Origin: the human T2T-CHM13v2.0 reference genome, Homo sapiens
Assembly: GCF_009914755.1 (NCBI RefSeq)
Contig: NC_060925.1
Reading direction: 5' to 3' (one strand)
Length of the DNA: 64,000 nt
Under the pieces are notes generated by a model. It was not told where the DNA came from and searched no databases. It saw only the letters and a list, made by a program, of their open reading frames with translations. How positions within the stretch are numbered: position 1 is the stretch's first letter; each line of letters begins with the position of its first letter. Shown one piece after another: positions 1 to 15,203 of the stretch. A program made the translations under genes and the position numbers.

Positions 1-30
1 ATGTTGTGACTACAGGCGTGAGCCACTATG
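1..30 (-). mobile_element. Alu 5' end, cut by the window edge
   Basis: gactacaggcgtgagccact is the reverse complement of the Alu 5' end. Confidence 0.7.
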
Positions 31-2640
31 TTTTGTATACTTTAAAATCTTAAAATCATTTTGTATGCTTATTTGTTGTCTGGGTCATTTTCAATTAAGA
101 AAGGTTATTGTATGTGCAAAATGTTCCAAAAACTGTGAAATGATTCTAATCTATAAAATGCTAATATCTTAAAAGTAGTTCAGAATTTCTTGCTTTCTAA
201 GTTTATATAAAGTGTGCAAAAAATGATGCATTCTTATGGAGAAAAATAATAATTTTGTCTTATTTAAAAGCCAGGAATATTAGCTGTTTCTTCTAGGTAA
301 ATGAGGTATCAAAAGATTCTTCTTTTAAGAGCTCTGTAGTTAGAAATCAACTTAGTTAAAGCTGATGTCTGAGGTATATGTTAGTACAGATAGTGTTTTA
401 AAGCCCCTACTCACTTTCTAAAAACATCACAGTCAACAGAGTTCTGATTCTCTGTTTACTGGCAGTTTCTCCTTCTTCTTGTACCTAATCTTTTAGCCCT
501 ACCAGTTCCTCATCTTTCTGTCTGCGTATTTCTGTCATATGTGATATTTCACTACCAAAATATATGAAAGAGCTCTAATTAGCTGACTTAAAAAATAGAA
601 ACCTAAAAACAAACATGTTTTCAGAAAAATAGAAACATTAATATCTTTAGGTCACATGACTCTAATAATCTTTGAAAAATAAAGAAAGTTTAAAGATTAT
701 TGGCAAACTAAAATAAAAATGTCTTCAAAATTTAGATATTTGGTCTAAATTAGGCAGATCAGATACTGTTTGCTAGATGCTTTAAGGCCATAAACTGCTT
801 CTATGACCTTTAATGATTATTTGACTTGTCTATTTTACAGTCATTAGATTCTAAGAAAGGGCTGGAGACATATGGAGTTAGCCAGGTCCCCTGGCTAGGC
901 TGGGAAGAGTCAGACAGTGTCTGCCACTCTGTCCTTGTCCTGGGATCTACAATCTGGTATATGGTTAAAATAGCTTTTATCCCAGGTTTTCCACCAAAAA
1001 TAAAGGTTTCCAATAGTCAACAAAGTAACCTGTAATTGAGACTACTGGAGAAACAGTTTCACATGCAAGGTGTATAAGGAAAGTGAATATGTTTTTGGTA
1101 AAGAGTTACAAGAATGCATGGACGTATGAATATTGCTAAAGATAATGTAATTTTGTTTATTTCAGAAGGTTTTAAGGGTTGTCCTAAGCTAGAAGAGTAA
1201 TAGGACAAAGCTAAAAGTTTAAACAAGTTGTAAATGTTTTTAAAAGATTAATCTTTTACAAGAAATTATGTGAGTATGAGCAAGTTGGCTAAAATTTGAA
1301 GGGAGTTATCTTTTTTAGATTAAACATTAGAGTAAAAGCACAGTGAACACCCAAGAGAGGGGCAGATCAAGATAGTGGAAATACAAGGCTCCACCGATAG
1401 GTCATCCAACCTCCCATCCACTGGCAAAGGACACCATTATTAATTGTGAAACGTTGTGAAACATTGTTAATTCATTTGTTTTTCACAGTCTAGAAAAATT
1501 TTTCTCTTTTGAGCTATTTGAAGCTTTCAACAATTGGGTACAGTACACTCTTGTCAGAAAACTTTCGATCATATTTCTTTCTTGCTACCTGATTTCCCCA
1601 GAATTTGAAAATTATCCGTAACTATATTTAATTTATGGCAGTATAGTTATTTGCATAAGTTCATTAAGAGTCTGTTTTCTTTCATAACAAGATTCCATTG
1701 GAGACACTGGTTATTTTAGCAAGGATTTGACTTAAATGACGTACTTTCTGATATAAACAGACTGCTTTAAGGGCTCGAAGTTGACTTGCAGTGTCAATTA
1801 AAGTCCCTTGGGAAGAACTTGCCTCACACCTTGTCTACACAGTCCTTGTACAGGGTTTCCTAAACTTTGGTAAGTAAAGGATGCCCCTTTCTGACAGTCC
1901 CAGGAACCCCGTTGTCTTAGAACCTCAAGAGGAGAGGAATATATTCAATCCATACAAGTATTTGCAGGCACAGATAAATCCATGGCTGGGCTCAAGGCTT
2001 AAGAAGTCTAATCAGAGATTTCTTATGGAACAAAGTTCTGACAAAGCCAATTTTAAAAGCAGCCTATATGACAAATAATTTTTTTTGCATTTTATGAAAA
2101 TACTTAGGCCAAGTATAATACAAGTAAAACTTATTTTGCAAATAAATTTGTCCTACTATGATTTGTCTTTAGTAAAAATGGGGATTGGAGTGAAAAAAAT
2201 AAGTTTCAGAAAAAAACTATCATACTTCTGTTGTTAGATACCAGCCTTGTTCATCATTTTTTTTTTGTTTTTTAATCTTTTTGCATTGTGAACTAATCCT
2301 GAATTCTATCTGAGCCTATGATTTCCTAAACTAACACTTTTAAGTTCTTCCACTTATCTGATTTGGACTTAATGAAATTACTACTACATTATTCCTTATA
2401 ACATAGGTGAGACAAATGTTTCAGGCTCCCACCACCTTCTTCCTCTGTAACTAAATATGCTTTGAGTCTAACATCTAGATCAATTGTGACCAGTGTTAAC
2501 ATTTTTTTCTTCTTTTTTCATAGAAATCCCTCTTATTAAAAATGTGTTTGCTTTCATCAGATGCAGAGGCCTAGCCCATCAGCAATGCCATCTCCTGTAT
2601 GAGACAGCTATTTTACTAAACTGATCTGGTCTCAAAAACT
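31..2640 (+). mobile_element. ERV1 MER4-group non-autonomous internal sequence (MER4-int/LTR49-int-like), decayed
   Basis: Blocks I recognise from this group, e.g. gtatttgcaggcacagataaatccatggctgggctcaagg (~1960-2000) and ttatggaacaaagttc. No intact ORF. Confidence 0.7.
1355..1443 (+). mobile_element. Extreme 5' end fragment of an L1MA1-3-type LINE-1
   Basis: ggcagatcaagatagtggaaatacaaggctccaccgat...aaggacacca resembles the recalled L1MA 5' terminus, including a degenerate YY1 site (consensus CAAGATGGCC). Confidence 0.5.
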
Positions 2641-3019
2641 AGTGGTCTGATGACCACTTTCCTGAGTATTCACAGTTTTTTCTGTAACCTGTTAAATATA
2701 TATTTAGCCACCTGTCATTCTATCAGGTTAGAGTCAGCTATGGGGAACCTGCATGATATGTTTAAGCAATTAAGTCTAACTGCTGTGTATATATCTGATA
2801 TAATTTAGGAAATGTCTCAGACAGCTCTGTGAGATATGCTCCAACAAATCAAAGCAAAGCTATGTCTGACCCCAAATTGTCACTAGATCAATGGTTAGCA
2901 TTCTGATTTGGGCTTGCATATTCGCTTCAGTGTCTTATCTACTGGGTAGTCAAGTTGATGTCTTCATTGGCAGAAATAGGACATAAAGGTGGCTGAAAAC
3001 TCCAATGAGCATACTTTGA

Positions 3020-3590
<571 letters not shown>

Positions 3591-4299
3591 TTCTTAGATT
3601 AAATGACTTAATCTATAAGAATATAATTCTTTCCATACCAAACTCTGAAATATAAAGAACACAACCAAATTAAAACTAGATTTATAAACAGTAATTGACA
3701 AACTATTCTTAAATGTATTTGAGATAGGACAGACCTACGCACAGCTTGTCAATATTTATTTTGTGAATGTTAAGCTGAAATATGGAGTAATGGAAACCTA
3801 AACAAACATGATACCAACTACATAGGTGAAGAATAGTTGGAATAAACACCTGCACGTAAAAGAAAAATTAAAAATCTAACAGAAGGAATATGTAGACTAT
3901 TTTTCTACTTCATAGGTTGAAAAGTTTTCTTCTACTATTTCAAAATTCAAACCAGATAGTGAAAAAAATAATGATTTTATTACACTAATATGTATCATTT
4001 CCATAGAGAAAAGGGCATAGTTTTCAAAACTAATCAATGACAGATTTGAGCTGATACCTTGAAATGTCTTAAAATAACAAGGCATATGTGTCTAGAATAC
4101 TCTTTGTTATGCAATTAATAACTTTTCATTAGTATACAGTTAGTATATAGTATATTAGTACATTAGTATACATTGTTATGTACTATACAGTAAATGTTTA
4201 ACATACTTATTATGTACAAGAAACAATTACAAATTTGCTTCAAAGAGACAGGTAATGTGATCCCAAAAATGAACAAAGTTTTGCAGAAAAAGGAGACCA

Positions 4300-4850
4300 A
4301 TTAGATATTCAAATTGACTAGGAATGAGAAAAGTATAAGTTGAAACAATCCTGAGACACCATTCCGTGCTCCTCAGATTAGCCAAATTTGAAAGTTGAAA
4401 TATTCCAATTTACAACGAGCATGGGGAACCAGGAGCTCATATGTATGGCAAGCGGGAGTGTAAAATTAATAAAATTGTCTCACTTTGTGACATTTAATAG
4501 GCTTTTACCCTATGACCCAGTCAGTAATCATGTGCCAAAGCATTTAATCCCTGAGAAAATTTCACACTTTTGGAGGAAAAATAGATAACTTTGCATCAAG
4601 ATGGTAATAACTATAAAAATATTGTGTATGTCTGTATACAATATTATGCAATAAGAGAAGCAATAAATTAGATGTACATAGAACAACATAGATACATCTT
4701 TTAAAATAGTGTAAGTTTTGAAATAACATAGAACAGAAAATGGTGTGTAGAATATCATTGAAGAAAGTTAAAAACAGTTGCATACAAACCATTCTTATTT
4801 TAAAAGTGTTTATTCAAAGACATATATCAAACATTAAAGTGTGTATATGT
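4300..4850 (+). mobile_element. Ancient L1ME-type 3' fragment
   Basis: Degenerate ORF2-end motifs: gagacaccatt, gcgggagtgtaaaatt, accctatgacccag. Confidence 0.55.
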
Positions 4851-7589
4851 ACAGATAAAGGGGGAAATGACAGTTATCAGGAATAAATTGGGGAGTGGGC
4901 AACAAACAACAGCTAAATAGGAAGCCCTTGATAAGATCGATGATGAAAAAGCATGTTGAAAACTCAGGAGAAATATCACAAGAAATTTCTGCAGGATAAA
5001 TGAAGAAAGGAAGAGGTGGAGGAAAAAAGAGAGGGATGGAAAAAGAGGAAGAGTCTACAATTTGTTGTTAGTTATGTCTGTTTCAATTTCCTTACTATCT
5101 TTCCACATTTTTCCTCAGATCATAGGATTTTGACTCTATCAAATGTGTTTTAGAAACATGCTTTACATCTTTTAAGTTCTTAGTCTACTAAGTCCTTTAA
5201 AGCTTTAGATGTGCATAAAAAGTGTTTTAGCCTTTAATATGAGAAAAAAAGAATATTTCACTTGCATAGGAACAATATGAAATCCTTAGTGAAATGCAGG
5301 CTTTCTTAAATTCAGTATATACTCCTAATTTCCTGAAAGCTATGTTGACTTAACTTAGTATGTCCCATTCCCACTTTTCTCTCTGAAGTGATAGAAAAAG
5401 TAAATTATAAAAATAACTAAAAAGCAGAAGATTGGACCTCATAATTTACAATCTAAATCAATCATTAAACATATCTTAACAAAATCATTTATTCCTTTAG
5501 ACGTTCACCTTACTAAATAAATATAGATTTTATAGTAATAAAATGCAAGTATACATTATTGAAGGAATAAATAAAATAACTAACAAAAATAAAACTGGTG
5601 CAACTATCACTTGTAACCAGAAGTGGATATTTCAATCATTTTTGAATTAATTTTTAAGTTGACTGCATCACAAATTGGTGTTTTCTGCAGATCAGCAGTG
5701 ACAAATTAGATGCTGAAATATCTATTCAACCTTCTGTTTAATTCTAGTATTTTTAAAAAACTTTTATCTAAGAGGATTGTTCTTATGTTAGGATAAGAAT
5801 TCTAAAGAACAAGAAGAGCAAATGTGGTATGTCACATCAGAATAGCCTTTTTTTTTTTCATTTCTAGAAGCACATTATGCATAGTTTTATATGTTTTGAT
5901 AAATAGTACCTTTTCCCCTAAGGTTTGCCATGAGTTCCAAAATGAAGAGACTGAATAAAATTTTTTTCAAAATTCTTCCATGTTTGTATAGGCAACCATA
6001 CTTAAACAACTTAGGTGTATTAGATAGAAGCTAGAAGTCTTTCTACTCCTTATTTCTAATTGGTTTTATTCTCTCTTATGTTTGATATAAGGTTAGAAAT
6101 TTTAACACTTCTAAAATTAACAATGCTCTGGAATTTTTGAAGATTTCAATTGAAATTTAGGTTTATTTTAGGGAACAATATTTGTTTTTATGTACTAATG
6201 CAAATGTAGGTTTCTGCATTTCCTCAAGTCTTATTTAGGTTTCCAGCTAAGTTTTGTAATTTGTCATTTGTTATTAGTTTTATACCTACACATTTGATAG
6301 ACTCTATTGCTACTGTGAATAGGATTTAGTTAAATTTTCAATTGGCTTAAGTGTCAATTTAAAGAATGTTCATATTATCTGTTCCTGGAAATCTTGGAAT
6401 ACATTGTCTGAAATCACTCATGGAGTACTCTAAAGAATAATTTTTTATTGACTCTGATATAGTGGCCTCTTCTGATTTTCACTACTTTTAATCAGTTTTG
6501 GTACACTTAAATTTTCTAGAAAAAATTTCAACTCTATAGATTTTCAAATTTTGACATAGGGAATTGTATACCCTTTGATTAGAATTTATGTACTTGTATT
6601 TACAACTTTTTTGTTTGTTTTGGGGACTATTATACTTGAGAATGAAATTTTATAGTTAGAATTGGACCTCTTAAAATTTATTTCACAGTTTAGGAATTTC
6701 ACAGTTTAGAGTCCTTTACTGGCCTTCACTAGAAATGACAGAATTCCTTTCTAATGTACTGAGAACTTCATCTGCTGGCACTCATAAGGATCTGACCCTT
6801 ATGTGACCTGGCACTGTCTGGCTGCTAAACCAGCTGGCACCCAATGGGACTTGACTAATGTCACTTTCAGTGGCATGGCAACCTGATTTTGCCTTTTCCT
6901 ACTGTCACTCCTGACAATTTGAGTTTCTTCCTGAGTCTGCTAGAAGGGGATCTGACACCTAACAATACAGTGAGAGTAATTCCAATATTTTATCACCTGT
7001 CAATTGCCTAACTAAGTTTCTTGAACCCAAGTTAGACATCTTTTCTGACCGTGCATTTCTGGTCTCTCTAACAGGAACAACAAGAATAAGCGCAAAATTC
7101 CAAAATTTCCTGGACTGTTACTCAGAATAGGGAGGGGTAGCTGTCATTCAGAGATTTTCTGGGTTCCTAAATAGATATGTTCTTAAGGTTCTCTATACTT
7201 AGTAGGAGTGCAGAGACTTGGGAACACAGATAGAAGTGTAGACTCTCTTGGGAGCTGTGGAATCAATTAACATCTGAATGATACAGTAGGAGAAATTGTA
7301 AAGAACTGCAAATAATCCTTCCACACTGGAAACTGTCTGTGAGCAAAGACTTTATTGCTCTTGAATACAACAGAAGAAGCATTCTCAGGTTAAACCTCCG
7401 ATTTGGTTCTCTCTCTGCCCAATGCATAATTTTGTTGAGTCAGAAAAAAAGTATTTTAAAAAAATTAAATTAGTAATACAATTTATTTTGCCTGATTTAA
7501 TTTAGTAGGATGCTATAACAATCCTGACAATATAGACTACTTTTTATCTGAAAATCTCAAAATGGAATCACTTGTCTGGCCAATTGGTT

Positions 7590-7778
7590 CATGGCACATG
7601 TAAGCTTTTTAAATTTACATAAAATTATTTTAAAAATAAAATTAAAAATTCAGTTTCTCAGCCACAACAGTTCCATTTTAAATACTCAATAACTGCATGT
7701 TTCTAGAAGCTATTGTGTTAGACAGAAAAGATATCAAACATTTCCATAAAAGCTGAAAGTTGTTTTAACCAGTACTGA
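7590..7778. mobile_element. hAT-Charlie MITE (MER33/MER3-like)
   Basis: aaattcagtttctcagccaca...tactcaataactgcatgt...agctattgtgttagacag...aacatttccat. Confidence 0.7.
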
Positions 7779-9650
7779 TTATACATTTCTGAAAGTGATA
7801 TTGGAGAGATATTGAAGGCTAGGGATTCATGTTTGTGTGCTTGCATACTTTAAATTTGCATGCAGTCTAATCAAAATGATTGTAGAATTTAACAATCACA
7901 CTAACAATGCATGAAAATGTCCAATTTTCCATATTATTAACATTGAATTTTTAATATTTAAATAATAGAAAACAAGTTTCTTTTTACTATTCTTATAGTT
8001 GTTTAATTATAAGTGAGTTCATCAATTTATAGTTGTTGAAATTTACATTTTTTATTTCTTAAGTTGCTTAAATTATCTTTGTATATCATATTTTCTTTTG
8101 AATATACTTTTCATATGCACAGATTAACACATTAATAGGAACACATTTACCTTCTTGATGCTATTCCCCTCTATGTACATTTTTCAGTGTTTTAATCTAG
8201 AATCAGCACTAAATAATGTAAATATGCCATTCTCAAGTTATCTTGACACTAGTCAATTTCCCTTCATTTACAGTATTCTTTTCCACGTACCTATGTTACT
8301 GTTTTTCTCCATATTCATCCCCAACATAAGAAGATCCACATAGCTTTTGTCTTAATAGACAGGATGAGGAAATTGACCTTGAATTCCACTTCCAGTCAAC
8401 TGGCACAGTTTCCAGATTCTATTTTCAAATCTGTAACAGAAGGGAAAATTGATGTGCACAGTTCCCAGTCCAATTCCCAATTTCTGGCAGTTCTTCATAT
8501 TCTAGTCCTGCTCTACTTTGATTAAGTGTTTTTCTGAACATTGTTTCCAGGTTATCTGGTATTGAGCCAAAGAACTGAGCCAATGTTGTACACCAAGGCC
8601 ATTACTTGTCAGCCAGCATCGCTACCGGGTTATGTTTTCTTTGCCCTTACTTACAGCAGTTTACCCATGGGAGGTACTATTCTCTTCACAACACACTTCA
8701 CCATCATCACCTGTTTTTTCTATGTTCTTCTAGTAATTAGCACTTGAAATCTCTGTCTTAGAGAACAGTTTTTGAACAGCATTTTAAAGAAGGTCTCTGC
8801 TATTAGAGTTCTGAATCTTGGAGTTAATTGAGCAATAGCAGTATAATCATTAAGCATCTTATTGTGTCTAATGTCAGCTCTTAGAAGATGAGGAATTTAT
8901 TTTAGGATTTTGAAGGCTGGGTCTATATTTTTCTACTTTTCTTCTAGCTAATTCGAACTTACCTCATATTTGTGTTAATTTCTACAACATACCAATGTTG
9001 TTACCTGTGAGAATTACTCTAGAAGGTTGGTAACAGTTTAAAATATTTCACTGAATCTCTATGAGTGTTTAACAAATAGTTGTGGGAAGGTCCTTTGAGG
9101 CTTCCAAACCAGTTGTCATTTTGAATCAGAAATCCCAGATTATAAAATTTCAAAAATAATATATTTATTATATCTGACTGTAAATACTGATGAAGTTAGC
9201 TTTATAACTGCTCTGCGAGGCAGAATTTCATTTTAAGTGAATTTGACATAAAAACCCCTCCTTAATTTGATAAGGTAAAGGATTTTATTAAAATATGTTA
9301 AAGGAAGGATGCTTCTAATAAAAGCAATATAGAGAATTTCGTAGTGTAAAATGCAAATTTTAATATTCTATTGATATCTTTTAAAGTATAATATTTTAAA
9401 TAACATTACTGACATTATTATTTGCAAATAATCTTTTATGTTACCAAGTTGTTCATCAGTAGAATTCGCTCAGTTTCACACTATAATGCTCTACTTGCCA
9501 AGCTATGTGTGGGTGTAAGAAATCAAGAATAAACAAAGTCATGCAATTTATTGACCTGTAGAGTATATTTTTGAAAATTCTCAGGCGTATCATGCTAATC
9601 ATTTTTTCAAAAAAAAATTAACAGCAAGCAAATTGCTATTTGTATTGCCA

Positions 9651-9957
9651 TAATTATTATTATTACTATTATTATTATTTTTTGATACCTGGTCTCACTC
9701 TGTCGCCCAGGCTGAAATGCAGTGGTGAGATATCAGCTCACGGCAAACTCTGCCCCCTGGGCTCAAGCTATTCTCTTGCCACAGCCCAGCTGGGATTACA
9801 GACGTGCACTACCACCTCCAGCTAATTTTCATATTTTTAGTAGAGAGGGGGTCTCACCAGGTTGGCCAGGCTGGTCTGGAACTCCTGACCTCAAATGATC
9901 CGCCTTCCTCGGCCTCGCAAAATGCTGGGATTACAAATGTGAGCCACCGCGCTCAGC
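9651..9957 (-). mobile_element. Alu (AluJb/AluSz-like) with (TAT)n tail
   Basis: Dimeric Alu. The tail has been converted to a TAT microsatellite. Confidence 0.95.
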
Positions 9958-10424
9958 TACTATTTTTAGGAGAAAGGGAACATTGCTCTCTCCTTCAGAA
10001 CTGAACATCTTATAAAGTATAAAGATTTTTTTTCCTTCCATAAAAATGGTATCAGTCTTTCTGTTATATGCTAAATGTCAAGATGTTTCAGTAGCGAGAA
10101 AATCAAGAACATAACTCTTCTGAAAGAAAATTATCTATTTCTCACCTGAAGTGACAAAGGTAAATGACTATGGGAAACTAGAAACTTCTTATAGTCAAAT
10201 TGTCCTTCCACATTTCTGTAGAATATAATATATTTATAATTCATCCTCAATTCTTTATTGAAAACTGGTAGTAGTATATAAAATTAAATTTTTATAAAAA
10301 ATAGTGGTCATATTTTTATATATGTATAAATATACACATTTGTGTGCCAGTAGTTGTAGGACTTTCATACTCTTCTCAAACATTCTGTAAAAAAAGAGAT
10401 TGATATGCTAGGTTTTCCTGGTTT

Positions 10425-10455
10425 TTGTTTGTTTGTTTGTTTGTTTGTTTGTTTG
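10425..10455. repeat. (TTTG)n microsatellite
   Basis: Read directly from the sequence. Confidence 0.95.
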
Positions 10456-10857
10456 GACATGGTAGCTGAGATTGAGATAAATTTTGAATGACATGTCAAG
10501 TTCGCAGAGTAAATATCGATACTATATCCCATAAGATTAGTTCTTAAGAGGCATTAGCTACTTGAAGCATAACAACTAAATGCCTAAAAAACTGATAAAA
10601 TGTATATAAATATTGTTAAAAATAAAAGTCAAATTTAAGGTAACTCATTCCGTATCAAATATTATTCATACAATTTTATAGTTTTGTTTTTTAATATTGT
10701 CCAATTTTAGATTTTAGACTTAGATGCTTTGGATTTTAGGCTTAGATGCTTATATCTGCAACTTGGTATTCTATTTTTTTCTATTTGCACATGTCTTGCC
10801 CAATTCATAAATTGTGTTGAAAATACCTGTCATTAGTCTGTCTAAAACAATTATTTC

Positions 10858-11008
10858 TATTTATTTATTTATTTATTTATTTATTAATTATAATAGAGAT
10901 GGAGTCTCCCTATGTTGCCCAGGCAGGTTTTGAACTCCTGACCTCAAGCAATCCTTCTACCTCAGCCTCCAAAAGTGCTGGGATTACAGATGTGATCTGT
11001 GCTCAACC
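10858..11008 (-). mobile_element. FLAM / free Alu left monomer
   Basis: Single monomer with (TTTA)n tail. TSD-like flanks taaaacaattatttcta / taaacagttctttcta. Confidence 0.85.
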
Positions 11009-13334
11009 TAAACAGTTCTTTCTAATTCAGGTAAATAATTACATAGCTCAACTCTGTTGATACATATACCTATAATATGATGTCTAAAACTGAAAAAATT
11101 ATAAATATATATCTTAGGGCTTGCAATCTGATGGAGGACGTTTAGGAGAATTGTAACTCCAGATTATCCAACATATAATTAAAAGTAAGTATCCTGAAAT
11201 ATAGTTGTATTTCAACCCCTTTCTTAATATGTTATCTATAATAAATTTATTCTTATTATAAATACAAAAATGAAAATGTTTTAATCAAAATAGTAACCTT
11301 CATTATTGTTTATATTCTAAATCGTAATCAAAGCTCTCTAGTTTAACAACTACATATACATTTTTTATTCAAATGATGGCTACTACAGGTTACTTTATGA
11401 AATAATAGCTCTTATGTGTTATTAACCCAGAAATCTCAGTATACTAACAAAATAAAATGTTTATTTCTAGCATATGTCACACATGATAATTTATTATTTA
11501 TTTTATTTAGTTAATTAAATCCACAATTGTTTTATTTTCTTTACCTAACATTGACCCATAGATATCTATTTTGCCTTATATCTTAATTCAAGAAAAATAG
11601 AAAGCGCTCACTGTTACAATGACTAATGATGTTTCAAAGGGATTCTTAAGCAAGGGCAAAAGGGAAATTGAAGAAAGTGGGAGCAGGGATTTGAGATCAA
11701 TGATCTACTAGGTGAGAAGGATAGATTATATTTCAACTTCTTTACATGGCAGAATGAAGGAAAAATATTCTATTGGATATCATTTTAATTTAGGGATTAT
11801 CATATATTCTTTAGGATATTTGCTTGAGCTTCAACATACTGACTCCCATCACCATTCTCAGAGTTAGGATGCATGTCATTAGTATACTCCATGACTTGGT
11901 CAAACTGACAACAAATAATGAGTCTTAAAATATCATGAACCTGCCACCCTAAAAGGCACTATACTTTTCCCTAATAATGATTTTAACTTCCTGGGTTTAC
12001 CCAATACGAATCTCCAGAAATTCACAGAATGGCAGAAAATTCTATTTAGCTGGTAAAATCATTCTAGCTCCTTAATGAGGTATCAATTGTTAACATTATA
12101 CTTGGATTTTCTAAAGTATTCACAAGCTTTCTAGCATGCATAAAATGTTGCACTTGGAAAATATTTTCTACCAACTATGGTCCATTTTGGACCATAAATG
12201 AATTTAAAAAAAGTTAAATTCCTTGAAAAAATAATTCATTATTATATAGTGCCAGAGTTAGTGTCAAGGTGAGAATTTTGTGGTGATAATCAGGTTATGG
12301 TAGCTCATGACTTATCCACTTAATGTCAGAAGAAAGTGTCAAAATTGTTAAACTTACCAACTGCTCATATGGGAAAAAAATTTAATAAGTAAAGTGCATA
12401 AATGCATAAAGACAAATCAAATGAGAAGTACAGCTCAGCAGGGAATGTTAGTAGAGCTCAATTCTGTGAACATAGGCAGGGTTAGAAGCATCAATAGTAA
12501 AAAAAATTACCATATTCATTTTAATCCATTTTAATAAGCTAAGGGTTAATGTTCAAATATGGGTTTTGGGTAGAGTCCTGCTGCATAATGGGGAAAAATA
12601 AACCCAGTTATACACATACGAGAACATAACAATATTGGTATAAGTCATGCATAAAGTAAAAATAAATAAATTATGCTACAGAATTCTGGTGATGCTAGAG
12701 ATATATAATTGATTTAACAATAGTTATTATGATTAAACCACTAGATCCTTGTGTTTGGCAACTGCTTTAAATGTTGGGAATCAGTGAAGCTGAGGTCCAG
12801 AGTGTTACAGTTAGTAGGTTCTACTTTTCCCAACAAGAACAAATTAGTATTCACTGGTATAGAATCTAAAAAAGGCAGAAGTAGGGGAGATGAAATCGAG
12901 TTGACTTAGAGCCTCCCATCATCTTTCTTTATGACTCCTTTTATTCCTAATTGCCAAATATTCTAAATGATATTCCCCAATCAAATTTTTGACCAATGTT
13001 ATGCAATGCTTCTTTTCCTAAATACTAATAAGGGAAAGCAATTCCCTTTGTTCTTATATCCCGGTTATGTCATATGAACAATTATTTTTTTCAGTTCAAA
13101 GATTTTGTTAATTTAAGTAGTAACTATGATGCTATTCCAGTTGGTTCTTACCTTAGATCAAGTGCAACCTTACACACAGTGTGCAATAGAGCATGGCAGT
13201 AAACATTGACAAAAATATTGTTCCAAAACTAAATTAAAAAAAAAGAACTTTGCATAATGACATTTACAGTATCATCTGGGAAGGAACTAACATTCCCATT
13301 AAACTATCAAGTAATTATGTTAAGAGTTTTTGCA

Positions 13335-13630
13335 TTTATTTATTTAATTTTATTTTGTTTGAAATGGGGTCTTGCTCTGTTGACCAGGCTGAAGTGTAAT
13401 GGAGCAACCACGGCTCACTGCAGCCTTGACTTCCCAGGCTTAAGTGATCCTCCCGCCTTAGCCTCCGGAGTAGCTGGGACTACAGGCACATGCCACCATG
13501 CCCAACTATTTTTTTTATTTTTTTGTAGAGATGAAGTCTTATTATGTTGCCAGGGCTGGTTTTGAAATCCTGGGCTCAAGCAGCCTCCCACAGTGCTAGG
13601 ATTACAGGTGTGAACTACCACACCCAGCCT
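13335..13630 (-). mobile_element. AluJ
   Basis: ctcactgcagccttgac and ctgggctcaagc are AluJ-type features. Confidence 0.92.
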
Positions 13631-13639
13631 CTATTTAGT

Positions 13640-14035
13640 TTTGATAAAATTAATTTTCACCACAGTTGTACATTTACAGAAAAACTGAGAAGATAGAACA
13701 GATAAGTGGCATATATCTTGTACCCAGTTTCCTCTGACATTTGTATATGTTGATTATAATTAATGAACTATTATTAATACATTATTAACCAAGATTCATA
13801 TTTTTTTCAGATTTCTTCAGTTTTTTATTTTGTTTTTACTTCATGTCTTTTTTTTGTTGTTCCCATCCAGGATACCATCATTTTTCAGGTATTTTATAAA
13901 ATGTCCCTCATATGAGATTTGTTTTTTCACGATTAAACCAGAGTTATGTGTTTTGAGGAAGAAAACCACAGAAGTACAGTGCCATTTTTATCATATCATA
14001 TCATATCAAAGATAAGTACTGTTAACATGACTAAG
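13640..14035 (-). mobile_element. L1MC-type 3' UTR fragment
   Basis: tttacagaaaaactgagaagatag...atccaggataccat...aggaagaaaaccacagaagta. Confidence 0.65.
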
Positions 14036-14315
14036 TACAGATAATTTGTTGACAACATTTTGATGGGAACAAAACTTACCCTGGAAACCTCATTATTCAC
14101 CTTTGTAGTTGACTATCAATAAAGTCAGGTACAATTATTTTTAATTAAATAGCAAGATATACTTTATTTTTGTTCCAGAATATCAAGGGTTAACTAAACA
14201 CCCTTTTGTCCTTTAAACATCTCCACAAAACATAAATCTTTGAAACGGTCTGCTTAGAACTCTTTGATGACGATAAACTTGAAATAAAAGTAGCCACACA
14301 AACAAGGCCACAGGG

Positions 14316-15203
14316 TTATTATTATTTTTTTATTTCAATAGTTTTGGGTATATAAGTGGTTTTTGATTACATGCATGTGTTCTTAATGGTGATTTCTGGG
14401 ATTTTAGTGCACCTGTCACCCTAGGATTTTGATACACCCATCATCCAAGCACTGAACACTGTACCCAATTTGTAGTCTTAATTCCCTGACCTCTCTCTCA
14501 ACCTCTGAGTCCCCAAAGTTCATCACATAATTCTTACGCTTTTGCATCCTCATAGCTTAGCTTCCACTTGTAAATGAGAACATATGATATTGAGACTTAG
14601 TTACCAACTCCCGAGTTACTTCACGTAGAATAATGGCCTCCAGTTCTATCCAAGTTGCTGCAAAAGACATTATTTCTTTCCTTTTTTATGGCTGAGTAGT
14701 AGTCCACAGTGCATATATACCACATTTTCTTTATCCACTCATTGGTTGATGGACACTTAGATTGGTTCCACATTTTTGCTATTGTGAATTATTCTGCTAT
14801 AAACATGTAGGTGCATGTGTCTTTTTCATATAATGACTTATTTTCCTTTGGGTAAATGCCCAGTAGTAGGATTGCTGTATCAAAAGGTAGTTTTATTTTA
14901 GTTCTTTAAGGAATCTTTTTACTGTTTTGCATAGTGGTTGTATTAGTTTACATTTCCACCAGCAGTGTGAATGTGTTCCCTTTTCACCACATCCTGCCAA
15001 CATCTGTTATTTGTTAACTTTTTAATTATGCGCATTCTTGCAGGAGTTAAGTAATATCTCACTGTGGTTTTCATTTGCATTTCCCTAATAATTAGTAACA
15101 TTGAACCTTTTTTCATATGTTTGTTGGCTGTTTGTATATCCTCTTTTGAGAATTGTCTATTCATGTCTTTTGTCCATTTTTGATGGGATTATTTTTTTTT
15201 CTT
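14316..15203 (-). mobile_element. L1PB-type, 5'-truncated (ORF2 C-terminus plus 3' UTR)
   Basis: ORF 14943-15164 (MNRQFSKEDIQ...NNRCW) is L1 ORF2. The 3' end tatttcaatagttttggg...ggtgatttctgggatttt is L1PB-like. Confidence 0.9.

Noticed and set aside
6700-8760. Slightly GC-richer unassigned stretches (6700-7000 and 8340-8760) as possible exons
   Set aside because: No coherent ORF with splice sites or recognisable protein. Probably very old LTR remnants.
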